Of a DNA stretch of 64,000 bases, positions 1 through 11,970 are shown piece after piece. The stretch's first letter is position 1. Every line of letters begins with the position of its first letter. The translations under genes and the position numbers were made by a program. Below the pieces are notes generated by a model. The model ran no database searches and had not been told where the DNA came from. It saw only the letters and a program-made list of their open reading frames with translations. The stretch is from Schmidtea nova (Eukaryota): the NCBI GenBank assembly GCA_044892505.1, contig CM097884.1, forward strand, positions 98,766,001-98,830,000, read 5' to 3'.

Positions 1-929
1 AGTAGATCAGGTGAGGCGCATTCCTGTTCAAATATTTAGAGAGACGGCATCATTCTGCGCATTAAAAGTATGCCAGTTTGAAGCTTTGCTCAACCTGATT
101 AAATTTTATCTGTCACCGACATATATCGCGTTTGTGTATTTTTCTGCTATTTTATGATTTATTAGCCCATAAAAAATACAGTTTTCAAAATCAGTGAATT
201 CTCGATCAACGAAAATTCATATGCATTAAAATGAATTTATATTACCTTGTTGTTTTTCTTAACCTTCCGAGTCACTAACCTGCTGTGGTATCCCAGCTTG
301 TTGCGTTGTAGGAATTCAATGTGAGTTCACAAGTTTGGAGGGAATTTTTCTTAACAGTCAAGCCCCATGCGGTCAATGCGACTTCCAATTTCAGCCTCGT
401 ACTCACGATCATGTGAAAGAACAGCCAGAGGAGTATCCGCTAGACTGTTAGAAAAACATGTCTTCCTTAAAATATTTCCTTAAAATTCTTTAAATAGCAG
501 AAACAATTTAATACGGATGTCTCACATATATAGTGTGCGGAAGGGTTGTTCAAAACCTGAAAAAGGGTACAGCATGTCGTATTAAAATAATAATATGGTA
601 TTCTGAACTTTATCGATACAAATATTATAAATGAATATAATTTAAAAAGTAAAAATCGGAAATCGGAAACAGTGGTGAGCGNNNNNNNNNNNNNNNNNNN
701 NNNNNNNNNNNNNNNNNNNNNNNNNNNNNNNNNNNNNNNNNNNNNNNNNNNNNNNNNNNNNNNNNNNNNNNNNNNNNNNNNNNNNNNNNNNNNNNNNNNN
801 NNNNNNNNNNNNNNNNNNNNNNNNNNNNNNNNNNNNNNNGGTAGTGGTTATTTTTATGATTATGATTATTGTTATTCCTGTATGTTGGTGTAAGCGCCGT
901 CATTGTTATGGACGGTGCCTTTGAGGCCA

Positions 930-1500
930 CCGGGGACCCCCCCTCTTTTTTTTTGAGTGTTATGATTTTTTCTATTTATTTAATTATTATTATTATTATT
1001 AAAATTCAAATATTGAATTTTAATTCAAATAGCTTACTATAGTAATAAACTATAGTAAGCTAAGAAATCGACAGAAATTATAAAAAATTGATTTAAAAAA
1101 AATAATAATCATAAATCGCAGATTGTTAAAAGTAAATTGTGACAAATACAGAAATCCAATCCAAATAAGAAAAAGAGCAAGAAAAGTTAGCCGTTATCCA
1201 AGAGTTATCCAAGAAAAGTTAGCCGTTATCTAAGTTACTTACCCCAGTTATTTATACAAATATAACAATATCCTACTCATTATCTAAGAGTTATCCAAGA
1301 AGAGTTATCCTTTTTTTAAAAGTAACTTTAAATTGGTTATCCCTAAGTTCTCTAATAAAAGTTTTTTTTAAATATTGTTATTTTGTTAGATATTGTTATT
1401 CTATTAAAATTTGGTTCTATGTATACACCTATATAGGCACCTGTGTACATAGCATACACCCCGAGTGTCCCCACAATAATCGGGCTGACTCTCTCGGGCA
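930..1500 (-). repeat. Dispersed non-coding element, family X (inverted relative of 48450-49335)
   Basis: Shares the terminal motif GCCCGAGAGAGTC..GGGACACTCGGGGT (1461-1500, minus) and a hairpin with core CTTACTATAG/CTATAGTAAG (1030-1062) with 48450-49335; short internal AAGTTATCC-type repeats at 1183-1300. Confidence 0.5.
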
Positions 1501-1899
1501 CTTCCATTCCTCTTACACTAACAAATTTACACTGACAAATTTACCCAAAAAATATTAAAAAGTCAATACATACATTTACAACTGGTGTCAGAAGTCAACA
1601 CACACACATACTCGACGAAACTTTTCTCAAATCACCTTTTCCTTTTAGAATAGTTAGTATAGAACTATAAAGGAAGGTGAGATCTTTTGGCTGAACACAG
1701 TAAGCCATATCCTTGAAACAAACTCGATTTTTTTTGCATCAACAAGCAACACATAAATAAAAGCGATGGCAACCAACCAACTAAACCAAACAAATATTAC
1801 CCAAACACCTATTGACAACGAAAATGCACAATCCCAACACCAAAACAACAACTACTACAACTAAGATTAAGATTCTAATTTGTCATATGTAAAAAACCA

Positions 1900-2400
1900 C
1901 AACATTAGAATTTTACTGATGAATGTTAAATTTTAATTGCGGTTTTCTGCACTGTGATTCGACTTTAGACATTCCCCTAGATAATATAATTGAATCCCAG
2001 AAGTTGATGACAAAAAATCCAAACATTAAGTTTTGCATGGACTGAATGTCCTAGTCATGAATGATCGTTAACATATCCAAAGGCGAGCTGGAGCAGGGGT
2101 AACGAATAGTGGTTTCTCCATCAGGATCATCTAAAAATCTAAAAATTGAATCAATAAGTTATAATATAAGATCTTACTCAGGCATGAGGAACTCATATCA
2201 CATCTGGCCAATTCCAAGTAGGCCTTGATCAATTTTTGAACCGATCGATAAATAATATCACAGATCTTCTTTATGCTAGCAACACTCACTTTTCCTTTCT
2301 ACCCTCGAAAAACATCTGGGCAAATTTTATACATCTTTATTAAATAAATGGATAAATCCAAAATTGAGATTTTATAAAATAAATATAAGATCCATCTTTA
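1900..2400 (-). pseudogene. Degenerate spliced coding remnant, identity unknown
   Basis: Coding-like frames (VSVASIKKICDIIYRSVQKLIKAYLELARCD; NDPDGETTIRYPC) joined by a 47-nt GTAAG..TTTTAG intron-like segment (2177-2131); in-frame stops present. Confidence 0.3.
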
Positions 2401-3310
2401 CTTCATACTGTCGCGATGCTAAAAATAATTTAAGGATTAAAGAGAGCTCGATCATCGAAAATCCTTATAAAATTATAAAAGTAGGGAGAATTATTCATAT
2501 CATTCGGGAAACTTTAACAAGCATATTTATCATGAAATTACGACTTACATATAAAAGTTACAGACTTTTTTACAGACATTTTCATTTTTTTAAAAGATCA
2601 AATATTTTTCGGTACGAGTACGACTATTTCAAGTGCCAATGGAAAAATATTTCTGAAATAAAAAAGAAAAAGTCAAACGTAAAAAAATAAAATATGCTAA
2701 CAAATAGGAAAATCAAAATAGATAAATTTCATTTTTCACTGAAATTTAAATCTTAAAATATGTTAAACATTGAAATTGAAATGTTTTTATTTATTTTTCA
2801 AAAGTGTTTATGTTATGTTGATAATCTGATATTTTTGTTTATTCTACGATTATTTAAATTTTTGTTTTTCGATTTAAACAAATATAACTCTACATGCCGG
2901 GTTAATAGTATCTAAAAGTTATTAAATACATTTTAAAAATGAATTTTGCCAAAAAACATAAATTATAAAAATACACTGAGTTTAGCTTAATCGTATAAAA
3001 ATCCCAGAAAATACAGCTCAATAATTTAAAAACTTAGAACTTCTATAATTTTTGAATTATTAAATTCTTTACAAAGATTTACTATTAGAATATTTCGTTT
3101 AAGTGGGAAAGACAATAGAAAACGACTATAAAGTCATTAGGAATAAATATACTTTAATCATATTTATTAATAAAATGATGTATAATTTCCATCAAATTCG
3201 TTTGCGATAAATCATTGATACTAAACATTTATACGCATTTGTGTGGAAGTTTTTTATTGTCAGTTTATTTAGAATGTCTGAAAATGATTAGATACCCTTT
3301 TTGAGTTAAT

Positions 3311-3333
3311 TTAACCCTTTGGACGCGTTAAAA

Positions 3334-3402
<69 letters not shown>

Positions 3403-3437
3403 GTGACTTTAGTCGACTTACGCGTCCAAAAGGTTAC
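3311..3437. mobile_element. Tiny piggyBac-like MITE with internal (TA)n
   Basis: TTAA|CCCTTTGGACGCGT ... ACGCGTCCAAAAGG|TTAC; 14-bp TIRs, 13/14 match; TTAA target and CCC terminus typical of piggyBac. Confidence 0.45.
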
Positions 3438-3569
3438 AATAATAATAAATATTGTAAATAGTTTCTTTATATTTTAGAGACTCTTTTAAAGACTTTACTT
3501 TATCTGATTAAAATCAGCAGGCTATTTTTATAATTTTAATAGTTGGTATTGTTGAGGATACCTAAATAA

Positions 3570-3940
3570 TAACTTCATTCTTAAGTATCTGCCTGATGGA
3601 ATTATCTGCTTTTATCTTTAGTTTCAATTAACGAGTCTGGTTTTGAAGGAATTTGCGGAGCAATGTCAAAATTTGTGATTAAACTATGGATATTTCAATA
3701 CTGTAAATCTAGTTGACATTGAGAACATTTAATAATCTTATTTTTATATTTACTAATAACGCAATAACGATCGATTAGATAATCACAATGTAATTTAACT
3801 GGATCTGAGAAGACATCTTCACAACATAGACTTCTTAGAGAAGCGCGCAGATTTTAAAGTGTTATATAACATTCATCAGTTTCGTTTTCGGAACAAACAA
3901 TTCCATTCACATTTATGCTAACACCACCAATGTTTTTGAA
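3570..3940 (-). pseudogene. Degenerate RING-finger gene remnant
   Basis: Translation SLCCEDVFSDPVKLHCDYLIDRYCVISKYKNKIIKCSQCQ follows RING-HC spacing with lost ligands; in-frame stops flank it. Confidence 0.4.
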
Positions 3941-4257
3941 GTAGAATTTGTGTTATTTGATAAATAAGAATCATTCATAGTTGAAAAATTGATAAAATAA
4001 ATATAACATTTATATAGACTGCCTAACGGCTTGCAGCCGAGAATGTAAAATTTTCATTAACTCTAGTTCACCTCAAATCCCCTCATCAGTGAAACCACCT
4101 TTTAAGAATTGTTAACCCGGTTATTTGGATAAAAAACAATCCTTGGAACACGAAAATAAATTTTTATTATTACTAATCACTTTTACCAATTGCATAAGTA
4201 ATTATATATTAAGTATTAACAGAGAAAACAAGATATAATATCAAAAAACTGTATATA

Positions 4258-4335
<78 letters not shown>

Positions 4336-4336
4336 C

Positions 4337-4517
4337 TTATTATCAATAATTATCAGAATGCTGACTACAGATCAAAATTTTTTTATAAACAATAACACAA
4401 TATTTCGGCACAGCCTTTATCAAGTGTGTATTGATAAAGGCTGTGCAGAAATATTGTGTTATTGTTTATAAAAAAATTTTGATCTATAGTCAGCATTATG
4501 AGAATTATTGATAATAA
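4337..4517. repeat. 87-bp inverted repeat made of two head-to-head copies of the TACACACTTGATAAAGG short element
   Basis: Arms 4337-4423 and 4431-4517, 7-nt loop GTGTGTA, about 4 mismatches. Confidence 0.85.
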
Positions 4518-5289
4518 TAATAAAAAAAGATCAAAGGNNNNNNNNNNNNNNNNNNNNNNNNNNNNNNNNNNNNNNNNNNNNNNNNNNNNNNNNNNNNNNN
4601 NNNNNNNNNNNNNNNNNNNNNNNNNNNNNNNNNNNNNNNNNNNNNNNNNNNNNNNNNNNNNNNNNNNNNNNNNNNNNNNNNNNNNNNNNNNNNNNNNNNN
4701 NNNNNNNNNNNNNNNNNNNNNNNNNNNNNNNNNNNNNNNNNNNNNNNNNNNNNNNNNNNNNNNNNNNNNNNNNNNNNNNNNNNNNNNNNNNNNNNNNNNN
4801 NNNNNNNNNNNNNNNNNNNNNNNNNNNNNNNNNNNNNNNNNNNNNNNNNNNNNNNNNNNNNNNNNNNNNNNNNNNNNNNNNNNNNNNNNNNNNNNNNNNN
4901 NNGCCCAAGAACAGGAACAGGCCCCCCTCCCCCCAAAAAAAATTTCAAAAATTTCAAAATTCAATATATCAGATTAAGATAATGATTCAAGGCTTCAAAG
5001 AATCTAATGATGTTGTCAAACCTGTTTGGAAAATTATAGAAACAAATATATGTGAGTAAAATTTATTTATCAAATCTTATCTTTTCATTTTTATTTATAT
5101 AATTATTTATTTATTTATTTTTTGTTTTGGTTAATTTAAATTTTTAATAACAATTATTTTATGTGTTAAATTTATTACCAAATATTTAAAATCGATTAGT
5201 TTTTTATTAAAATAAAAATAATTAATTTTATTATCATAATTATTCTAAATTGATTTTGTTTTTATAATTGATTATACGTTTAAAATTAA

Positions 5290-5597
5290 AATTAAAATTA
5301 ATTTTCGTTAATATTTCCCCGGCAACAATAATTAATTCGGAATTTGATATATACACGCATAGATTATACATGCATTGTTTCAATGTAACAGGTTCCTATA
5401 AAATAAATATTAAAAATTTATTTTAAATAAATAAATATATACTTTAAATGAATAAATGATTGGAAATTTTAAATATTCCATCGAGTATTGTAGAAATTGA
5501 ACTGCAGGATTCCTAACCAAATTTGATGCCGAAATAGAATTTTCTTCAAGAATAATTTTCATTACTTCTTGTTTCAACATCTTTTTGTTTGAAGATT
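5290..5597 (-). pseudogene. Second degenerate, spliced RING-like remnant
   Basis: Exon 5597-5443 (TTCTAG acceptor, GTATAT donor) ends LKFPIIYSFK; after a ~49-nt intron it continues EPVTLKQCMYNLC, resembling CPIC..F.EPVTL.C.H.C with Cys/His lost. Confidence 0.35.
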
Positions 5598-6182
5598 CTA
5601 GAATAAAATATTAAAAATAATCATTTAAAATTAATTAAACTTACTTTTAAGTTGATACATTTTTAATGAAATCTGTAATTTTTAATCAATTTATATATAT
5701 GTTTTCATAATTTAAATTGACCAAACAGATTTCGTTTAACATTTTTATTAATTTTTATTTATCGATATGTTTGTGTGCAGATACACACTTTATTTTAATA
5801 TGATAATTAATTATTTATGCAAAATCTTTTAATAGACAGATTATATCAAAACAATATTGTAATGCATCGAATTATGATAAAAACTTTCACAATTCAATGA
5901 AAAGTTACTATACCCAAACAGGTAACTGCAACACATACATAATTTGCCCTTTGTGAATAAATTGATTAGTTTTTCTTATTATATCAACTTTTATAAATTT
6001 CATAAAGAACATTCCAAACAGATTTAATGTTACAAAATTATTACGTGGTAATAATAAAAAATAATAAAAATATTAATAATTCACTGAAAATATTTAAAAT
6101 GAAAAATCAATAAATATTTTGGTAAAATTCATTATTAACAATTATATTCAGTATCAGAACTTATCTAATATAACCTTAGTAT

Positions 6183-6495
6183 CAGAACCTTTCTAGCAGA
6201 ACCTTTGGTAGCAGAACCTCTTTTGTGATGGTTTTTACCTGTAAAAGATTCATATTGTATATTCACTTATATACCATTATCGATACATTTTCAATAAATT
6301 TATCACGTAGCAGAACCTTTCTAGCAGAACCTCTTTTGTGATGGTTTTTACCTGTAAAAGATTCATATTGTATATTCACTTATATACCATTATCGATACA
6401 TTTTCACTAAATTTATCACGTAGCAGAACCTTTCTAGCAGAACCTTTGGTAGCAGAACCTCTTTTGTGATGGGTTTTACCTGTAAAAGATTCAAA
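6183..6495. repeat. Tandem repeat, about 2.6 units of 110-125 bp with AGCAGAACCT sub-repeats
   Basis: Near-identical units start near 6183, 6310 and 6422. Confidence 0.85.
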
Positions 6496-6499
6496 TTAT

Positions 6500-6695
6500 A
6501 TTTTCATGATTGCAGTTTATGTGAAACCCGATAAAATACACATGTTTGATCCAATGGAATTTTATTATACGCCGCTATTGATAAAAAACATATCGTCAAT
6601 GTTGATGTGAATTGAATATAACAGAATCTGATACTAGAATCCAATGACAAAAACACTTGCTAGTACTGTTTAGCATGGTTAATAAAAATGTTTAA
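6500..6695 (+). pseudogene. Polinton-type adenain-like cysteine protease remnant
   Basis: IAVYVKPDKIHMFDP..IEYNRI..NP..TC*YCLAWL aligns with the protease at 45075-45428 (ITVYVTP..FD..YNRIRYQHP..TC.Q.CLAWL). Confidence 0.65.
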
Positions 6696-7329
6696 TAAAT
6701 AAATATTTGTATTGAAATTTTTGAATTAATTTTTATTATTTTTAGAATTAATTGAATATTTATTTATTTATTCCTTTAAATTAACGGAGTGAAAAATTAA
6801 ATTGAACATGTAATAAGAAGTATCAAAAAATATTTCATTAGTTGCTTACTTATCATTTTAATATGTTTACCTAGTTAACAGAGTTTTTTATAATGATTTT
6901 TAAATTAATTATACATGTTAGTTATCAAGTGATGAAATAGATGAACAATGATTTCAATAGAGCTTTGAATTAAAAGTCATTTGCATTTTAAATATATTCA
7001 AAATTTTAATAACTTTAATTAATAAAAAAATTTCATTTTAACTACGTAGATATTAGTATACCTTTTTTAAAAACTGATAATCAATTAAAGATTAATTTAA
7101 TTATTCAAAGTAATAAATTTAATTTTATGACACGACATTTATTATCAGTTAGTTTTAAATATCATATCTAGTTAATGCGAAGAGTTAATTGATACGTGGA
7201 ACAATTTCCTTAGAGTGAAGATTTATTTGTTTAATATTTAGAGTCAGTTGGTATCCGATTAGTTGATTTAACTAGTAGATTGTGGATAGAATCAATTGAT
7301 ATTTAATAATTAACTAGTCTTTTGTTGAT

Positions 7330-8400
7330 TTATGAATAGAGTTAGTTGGTTGATGAATAGAACTAGTTGGTTAGTAAGAGATTTGTTGTTGGTTAGTATG
7401 TATAGCTAGTTAGTTGGTTAGTGTAGTTGGTTGGTTGGTACAAGAATAATGTATAGAACTAGTTGGTTGATGTATATAACTAGTTGGTTAGTAAGGAATT
7501 GATTGCTGGTTAGTGTGTATAGGTAGTTAGTTGGTTGGTTGGTAGACTGATAGGTATAAGATTAATGAATAGAACTAGTTAGTTGATGTATATAACTAGT
7601 TGGTTAGTAAGGAAGTGGTTGCTGGTTAGTATGTATAGTTAGTTAGTTACTTGGTTAATGTGAAGAGTTAGTTGGTTGATGTATAGAACTAGTTGGTTAG
7701 TAAGGAATTGATTGCTGGTTAGTGTGTATAGGTAGTTAGTTGGTTGGTTGGTAGACTGATAGGTATAAGATTAATGAATAGAACTAGTTAGTTGATGTAT
7801 ATAACTAGTTGGTTAGTAAGGAAGTGGTTGCTGGTTAGTATGTATAGTTAGTTAGTTACTTGGTTAATGTGAAGAGTTAGTTGGTTGATGTATAGAACTA
7901 GTTGGTTAGTAAGGAATTGATTGCTGGTTAGTGTGTATAGGTAGTTAGTTGGTTGGTTGGTAGACTGATAGGTATAAGATTAATGAATAGAACTAGTTAG
8001 TTGATGTATATAACTAGTTGGTTAGTAAGGAAGTGGTTGCTGGTTAGTATGTATAGTTAGTTAGTTACTTGGTTAATGTGAAGAGTTAGTTGGTTGATGT
8101 ATAGAACTAGTTGGTTAGTAAGGAATTGATTGCTGGTTAGTATGTATAGTTAGTTGGTTGGTGATTTGTGAATAAAGTTAGTTGGTTAATGTATAGAACT
8201 AGTTGGTTAGTAAGGTATTGGTTGCTGATTAGAATGTATAGTTAGTTAGTTACTTGGTTAATGTGAAGAGTTAGTTGGTTGATGTATAGAACTATTTGTT
8301 TAGTAAGGAAGTGGTTGCTGGTTAGTATGTATAGTTAGTTAGTTGGTTAGTATTGATAAAGTTAGTAAGTAAGGAATTGTACTATTTGTTAACTAAGGGA
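7330..8400. repeat. G/T-rich strand-asymmetric satellite, 209-bp period
   Basis: Units start at 7472, 7681, 7890 and 8099; built of TAGTTGGT/TTAG sub-repeats; C is scarce on the + strand. Confidence 0.95.
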
Positions 8401-8635
8401 TTGGATTATTTGATATATAGGCAATAGGAAGTGATTGTCACATGGAACAATTTCCTAGTTGGTTAATATATTGAGTCAGTTGGTAACTTGTAAGTAACTA
8501 GTCGATTGATGATTTGTGGATAGAGTCAGTTGGCATTTGATCAGTTACTAGTCAGTGGTTTATTTGTGTGTGTAATGAGATTATTAGTTAGTTGATCGGT
8601 TTATTGTTGGTACTTAGATTGATTGATAGACGTTA

Positions 8636-8636
8636 C

Positions 8637-8712
<76 letters not shown>
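8636..8712. repeat. (TTA)n microsatellite
   Basis: Pure TTA run. Confidence 0.95.
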
Positions 8713-8723
<11 letters not shown>

Positions 8724-9649
8724 TTTACTTGTTCCCATATTTTCAATTATTACGTTTATTTTTTAAAAATTTATGTCATTAATCGATATTTTTTAACTTA
8801 GTATACAAAATTGTAACAACTCTTGTTTAATAACTATTTTTATTCTAAATAAATTCAATAATTACATATGTTTTATTTACTACATTTATTTGTTGTTATT
8901 TGATCATTTCCTTAAAAAACATCATATTGAAAAACAATTAGATTTGTATTTATTAGTTAAAAATTTTACTTGTGAAAAATATTTACTTTTCGAAAAAATG
9001 TTTACTTTGTATTTATTAATTAAAATATTTACATTGATTTTATTGATAAAAAATTCTACATTGACTTTATTGTTAAAAAATTTTACTTTAAAAAATTTCA
9101 AAAATAATTAATTATTCTCACATTTTTCAAATATTACCTTAAAAAGTTCCTTTAAAACCAATTCATTTTAAAATTATGACATTAAAACTCACGTCTTTCT
9201 TAATTACTTTTTTATTCTTAATTTACTTATAATTCTATTTATCATTAAATTCATAATTATTTTTAAAATTCAATCTTTAATTTATTTACTTTTCCATTTT
9301 TCATAAATCCAGTACAAATTATTTTTAAATTCTAAGTTTAATTTACTTATTATTTCCATGCTTTTATTTAATGTACCATTTTACTTGATAAATTCAATAC
9401 AAAATAATGAGTGAATTATTTACTGAGTTTTGAAATTCGTATAGAATTTATTTACTTTTCTATTTAATGTACCATTTTACTTGATAAATTCAATACAAAA
9501 TAATGAGTGAATTATTTACTGAGTTTTGAAATTTGTTTAGAATTTATTTACTTTTTTATTTAATTATCATAAATTTATTTAGATTTAATTATTTAGTTTA
9601 AAAATTTTTATTTTAAATATTTCCACGTTTTTATGTACTTTACCCTTTT

Positions 9650-10570
9650 TTACTGAGACTGTCATTTCCCGTATAAAATTTTGATTTTTTCATGATTTTA
9701 ATTTTTTGACCTTTATTGTTCGCTTTTCAATTCTCAGTAGATTGGTATAAAAACTATTGAATTCTGAGCATTTTTTTGATTTTTTGGAAATTCCCCGAGT
9801 TGACCCTTTTTACGTGTAAAAATTGGATTGGAAAAGTCAAAGTTTTCATGTTTTTACTTTTTGAACCTTTTTTGTTCGCCATTCGATTCTCAGTAGATTG
9901 GTATAAAAATTATTTGATTCTGAGCATTTTTGATTTTTTGGAAATTCCCCGAGTTGACCTTTTACGTTTAAAAATTGAGTCGGAAAAAATCAATTTTTCA
10001 TGTTTTTAAATTTTTGACCATTATTGTTCGCCATTCGATTCTCAGTAGATTGATATAAAAATTATTGAAATCTGACCACTTTTTAATTTTTGATTTTTTT
10101 TTCCCCCGACCAAAATAATATTTCAAAAATACCAGACAAAAAATCCTATACAAAATCAAGATCAAAAATCATATTCAAAATTACCAGAGTCCCTTTTTGT
10201 TCGAGAAAAATCTCGGAGTAGAAAATCATATACAAAATAACCAGAATTAAAAACACTACAAAATATCAGATCAAAATATTGTATTCAAAAATCTAGATCA
10301 AAAATTCATGTACAAAAAACCCAGAGTCCCTTTTTGCCCGAGAAAATCTCGGAGTTGAAAATCCTATTCAAAATAATTTCAATGTATTTTACTAGTTTAA
10401 AAAATTTACACGTGTTTTTTATTTACCAATAAAATTTCAGTTCAAAATTACCAGAGTCCCTTTTTGCCCTAGAAAATATCTGGGAGTAGAAAATCCTATA
10501 CAAAATAACCAGAGTAAAATTCCTTTACAAAAATAACCGGATCAAAATATTGTATTCAAAAATCCAGATC
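9650..10570. repeat. Two adjacent tandem arrays: ~150-160-bp units, then ~120-bp CCAGAGTCCCTTTTTG units
   Basis: The first array (ATTCTCAGTAGATTGGTATAAAA..CTGAGCATTTTT..TTCCCCGAGTTGACC) recurs just downstream of the pPolB fragments at 41880-42180 (minus) and 52740-53040 (plus). Confidence 0.8.
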
Positions 10571-11476
10571 AAAACATTAAATAAAAATAAATTAAAATTA
10601 ATAATTAATATAAAATTAAAATAAATTAATAAATTAATTAAAATAAATTAGTTAAAATAAATTAATAAATTAATTAATAAATATAAAAATNNNNNNNNNN
10701 NNNNNNNNNNNNNNNNNNNNNNNNNNNNNNNNNNNNNNNNNNNNNNNNNNNNNNNNNNNNNNNNNNNNNNNNNNNNNNNNNNNNNNNNNNNNNNNNNNNN
10801 NNNNNNNNNNNNNNNNNNNNNNNNNNNNNNNNNNAAAATAAAAAATTAAAAAATTTTTTAGGGGGGGTGGGGGGGTTTAAAAATTTTTTTTAGGGGGATG
10901 GGGGTGGGGGGTCTGTTCCTGTTCTTGGGCNNNNNNNNNNNNNNNNNNNNNNNNNNNNNNNNNNNNNNNNNNNNNNNNNNNNNNNNNNNNNNNNNNNNNN
11001 NNNNNNNNNNNNNNNNNNNNNNNNNNNNNNNNNNNNNNNNNNNNNNNNNNNNNNNNNNNNNNNNNNNNNNNNNNNNNNNNNNNNNNNNNNNNNNNNNNNN
11101 NNNNNNNNNNNNNNNNNNNNNNNNNNNNNNNNNNNNATTTAATTATTTAATTTAATATAATTTTTCAAAATGTTTCAAAAGTCCATTTAGCAATTAAATT
11201 ACGCTGAATGTCATTCAACCACATATGTGGTAAGACCGCTTTTATTGTTAAATACCATTCAAGGTTGAAAAGCAAAGGAGATGAGTTATTACTTTTTTTA
11301 TCGCTATCAAAATCAGTTTGGGACGATTGACCTATATCCCAGGCAAATATCCAAGATCAGTTCATAACTTTCTAATTAAAAAACAATTTTAGCATTTCTT
11401 TTAATATTATAGATATATTTAATATTCGTAAAACACATTAAAATAAATAACATATTTATTATGAATTCACTAATAT

Positions 11477-11733
11477 TTATGACAAATGTTCATTTTTAAA
11501 GACAAATGCAATCGCTCCGCAACAATTCTTGTATTTCTGGTTTAAAATGGCAGCATTGACAATTTTTCTCGCTATAGTTTTGGATTGGCAGATATTGTTT
11601 TTGCGAATATTACCTTCTTCGACATCACAGGAAGTAGAAATATTAAGAATTGGTTCTAAAACATCTAATGAATTTAGTGATAAACTTTGTAAGTCTTCTT
11701 CAATTTCAACAAGTTTTGCAAATCTTGATTGGG
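11477..11733 (-). CDS. PP2D1: PP2D1-like gene, exon 8 (terminal)
   Basis: TTCTAG acceptor, phase 1; IARKIVNAAIL..FVFKN matches the PP2D1/PP2C C-terminal helix (ELVNAALL..VIFLN); TAA stop. Confidence 0.7.
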
Positions 11734-11742
11734 CTAGAATAA

Positions 11743-11746
<4 letters not shown>

Positions 11747-11818
<72 letters not shown>

Positions 11819-11970
11819 TGATACTGTCATAATTATCTTTTGGTTTCACCTTTGACCTCTTTTTATTTAAATCACTTATTTTCATATTAATAATTGTATG
11901 ACTATAAATCAAAAAACATTTTTGGTTGTTAAGTACACGATATTTCGGCAAAGTCTTTATCAGGTGTGTA
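11747..11970 (-). mobile_element. Short (~155 bp) interspersed element with a (TTA)n 3' tail
   Basis: Starts TACACACCTGATAAAG, ends AAGATAATTATGACAGTAT followed by (TTA)n; homologs at 4337-4537, 31686-31850 and 61202-61274. Confidence 0.65.

Noticed and set aside
1-480. Coding-like, GC-richer minus-strand stretch, possibly a transposase
   Set aside because: Multiple stops and no motif I could assign.
4383-5059. ORF-track entries running through N blocks (also 625-930, 10898-11155, 14700-15005, 24238-24546, 27192-28059, 39965-40218, 61234-61510)
   Set aside because: They are open only because N codons cannot be stops. The real coding parts next to N blocks are the PP2D1-like exons listed separately.
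7330-8400. Interstitial telomeric repeat
   Set aside because: No TTAGGG or TTAGG runs; only TTAG/TTGG-like sub-repeats.
8592-8801. Poly-Leu, poly-Tyr and (IY)n ORFs (also 11706-11987, 35173-35364, 44460-44741, 50136-50459)
   Set aside because: Translations of (TTA)n or (TA)n microsatellites and tandem arrays.
11650-11733. Enolase-like C-terminus (AKLVEIEEDL)
   Set aside because: Splice phase and the downstream IVNAAIL motif fit the PP2D1-like terminal exon better.
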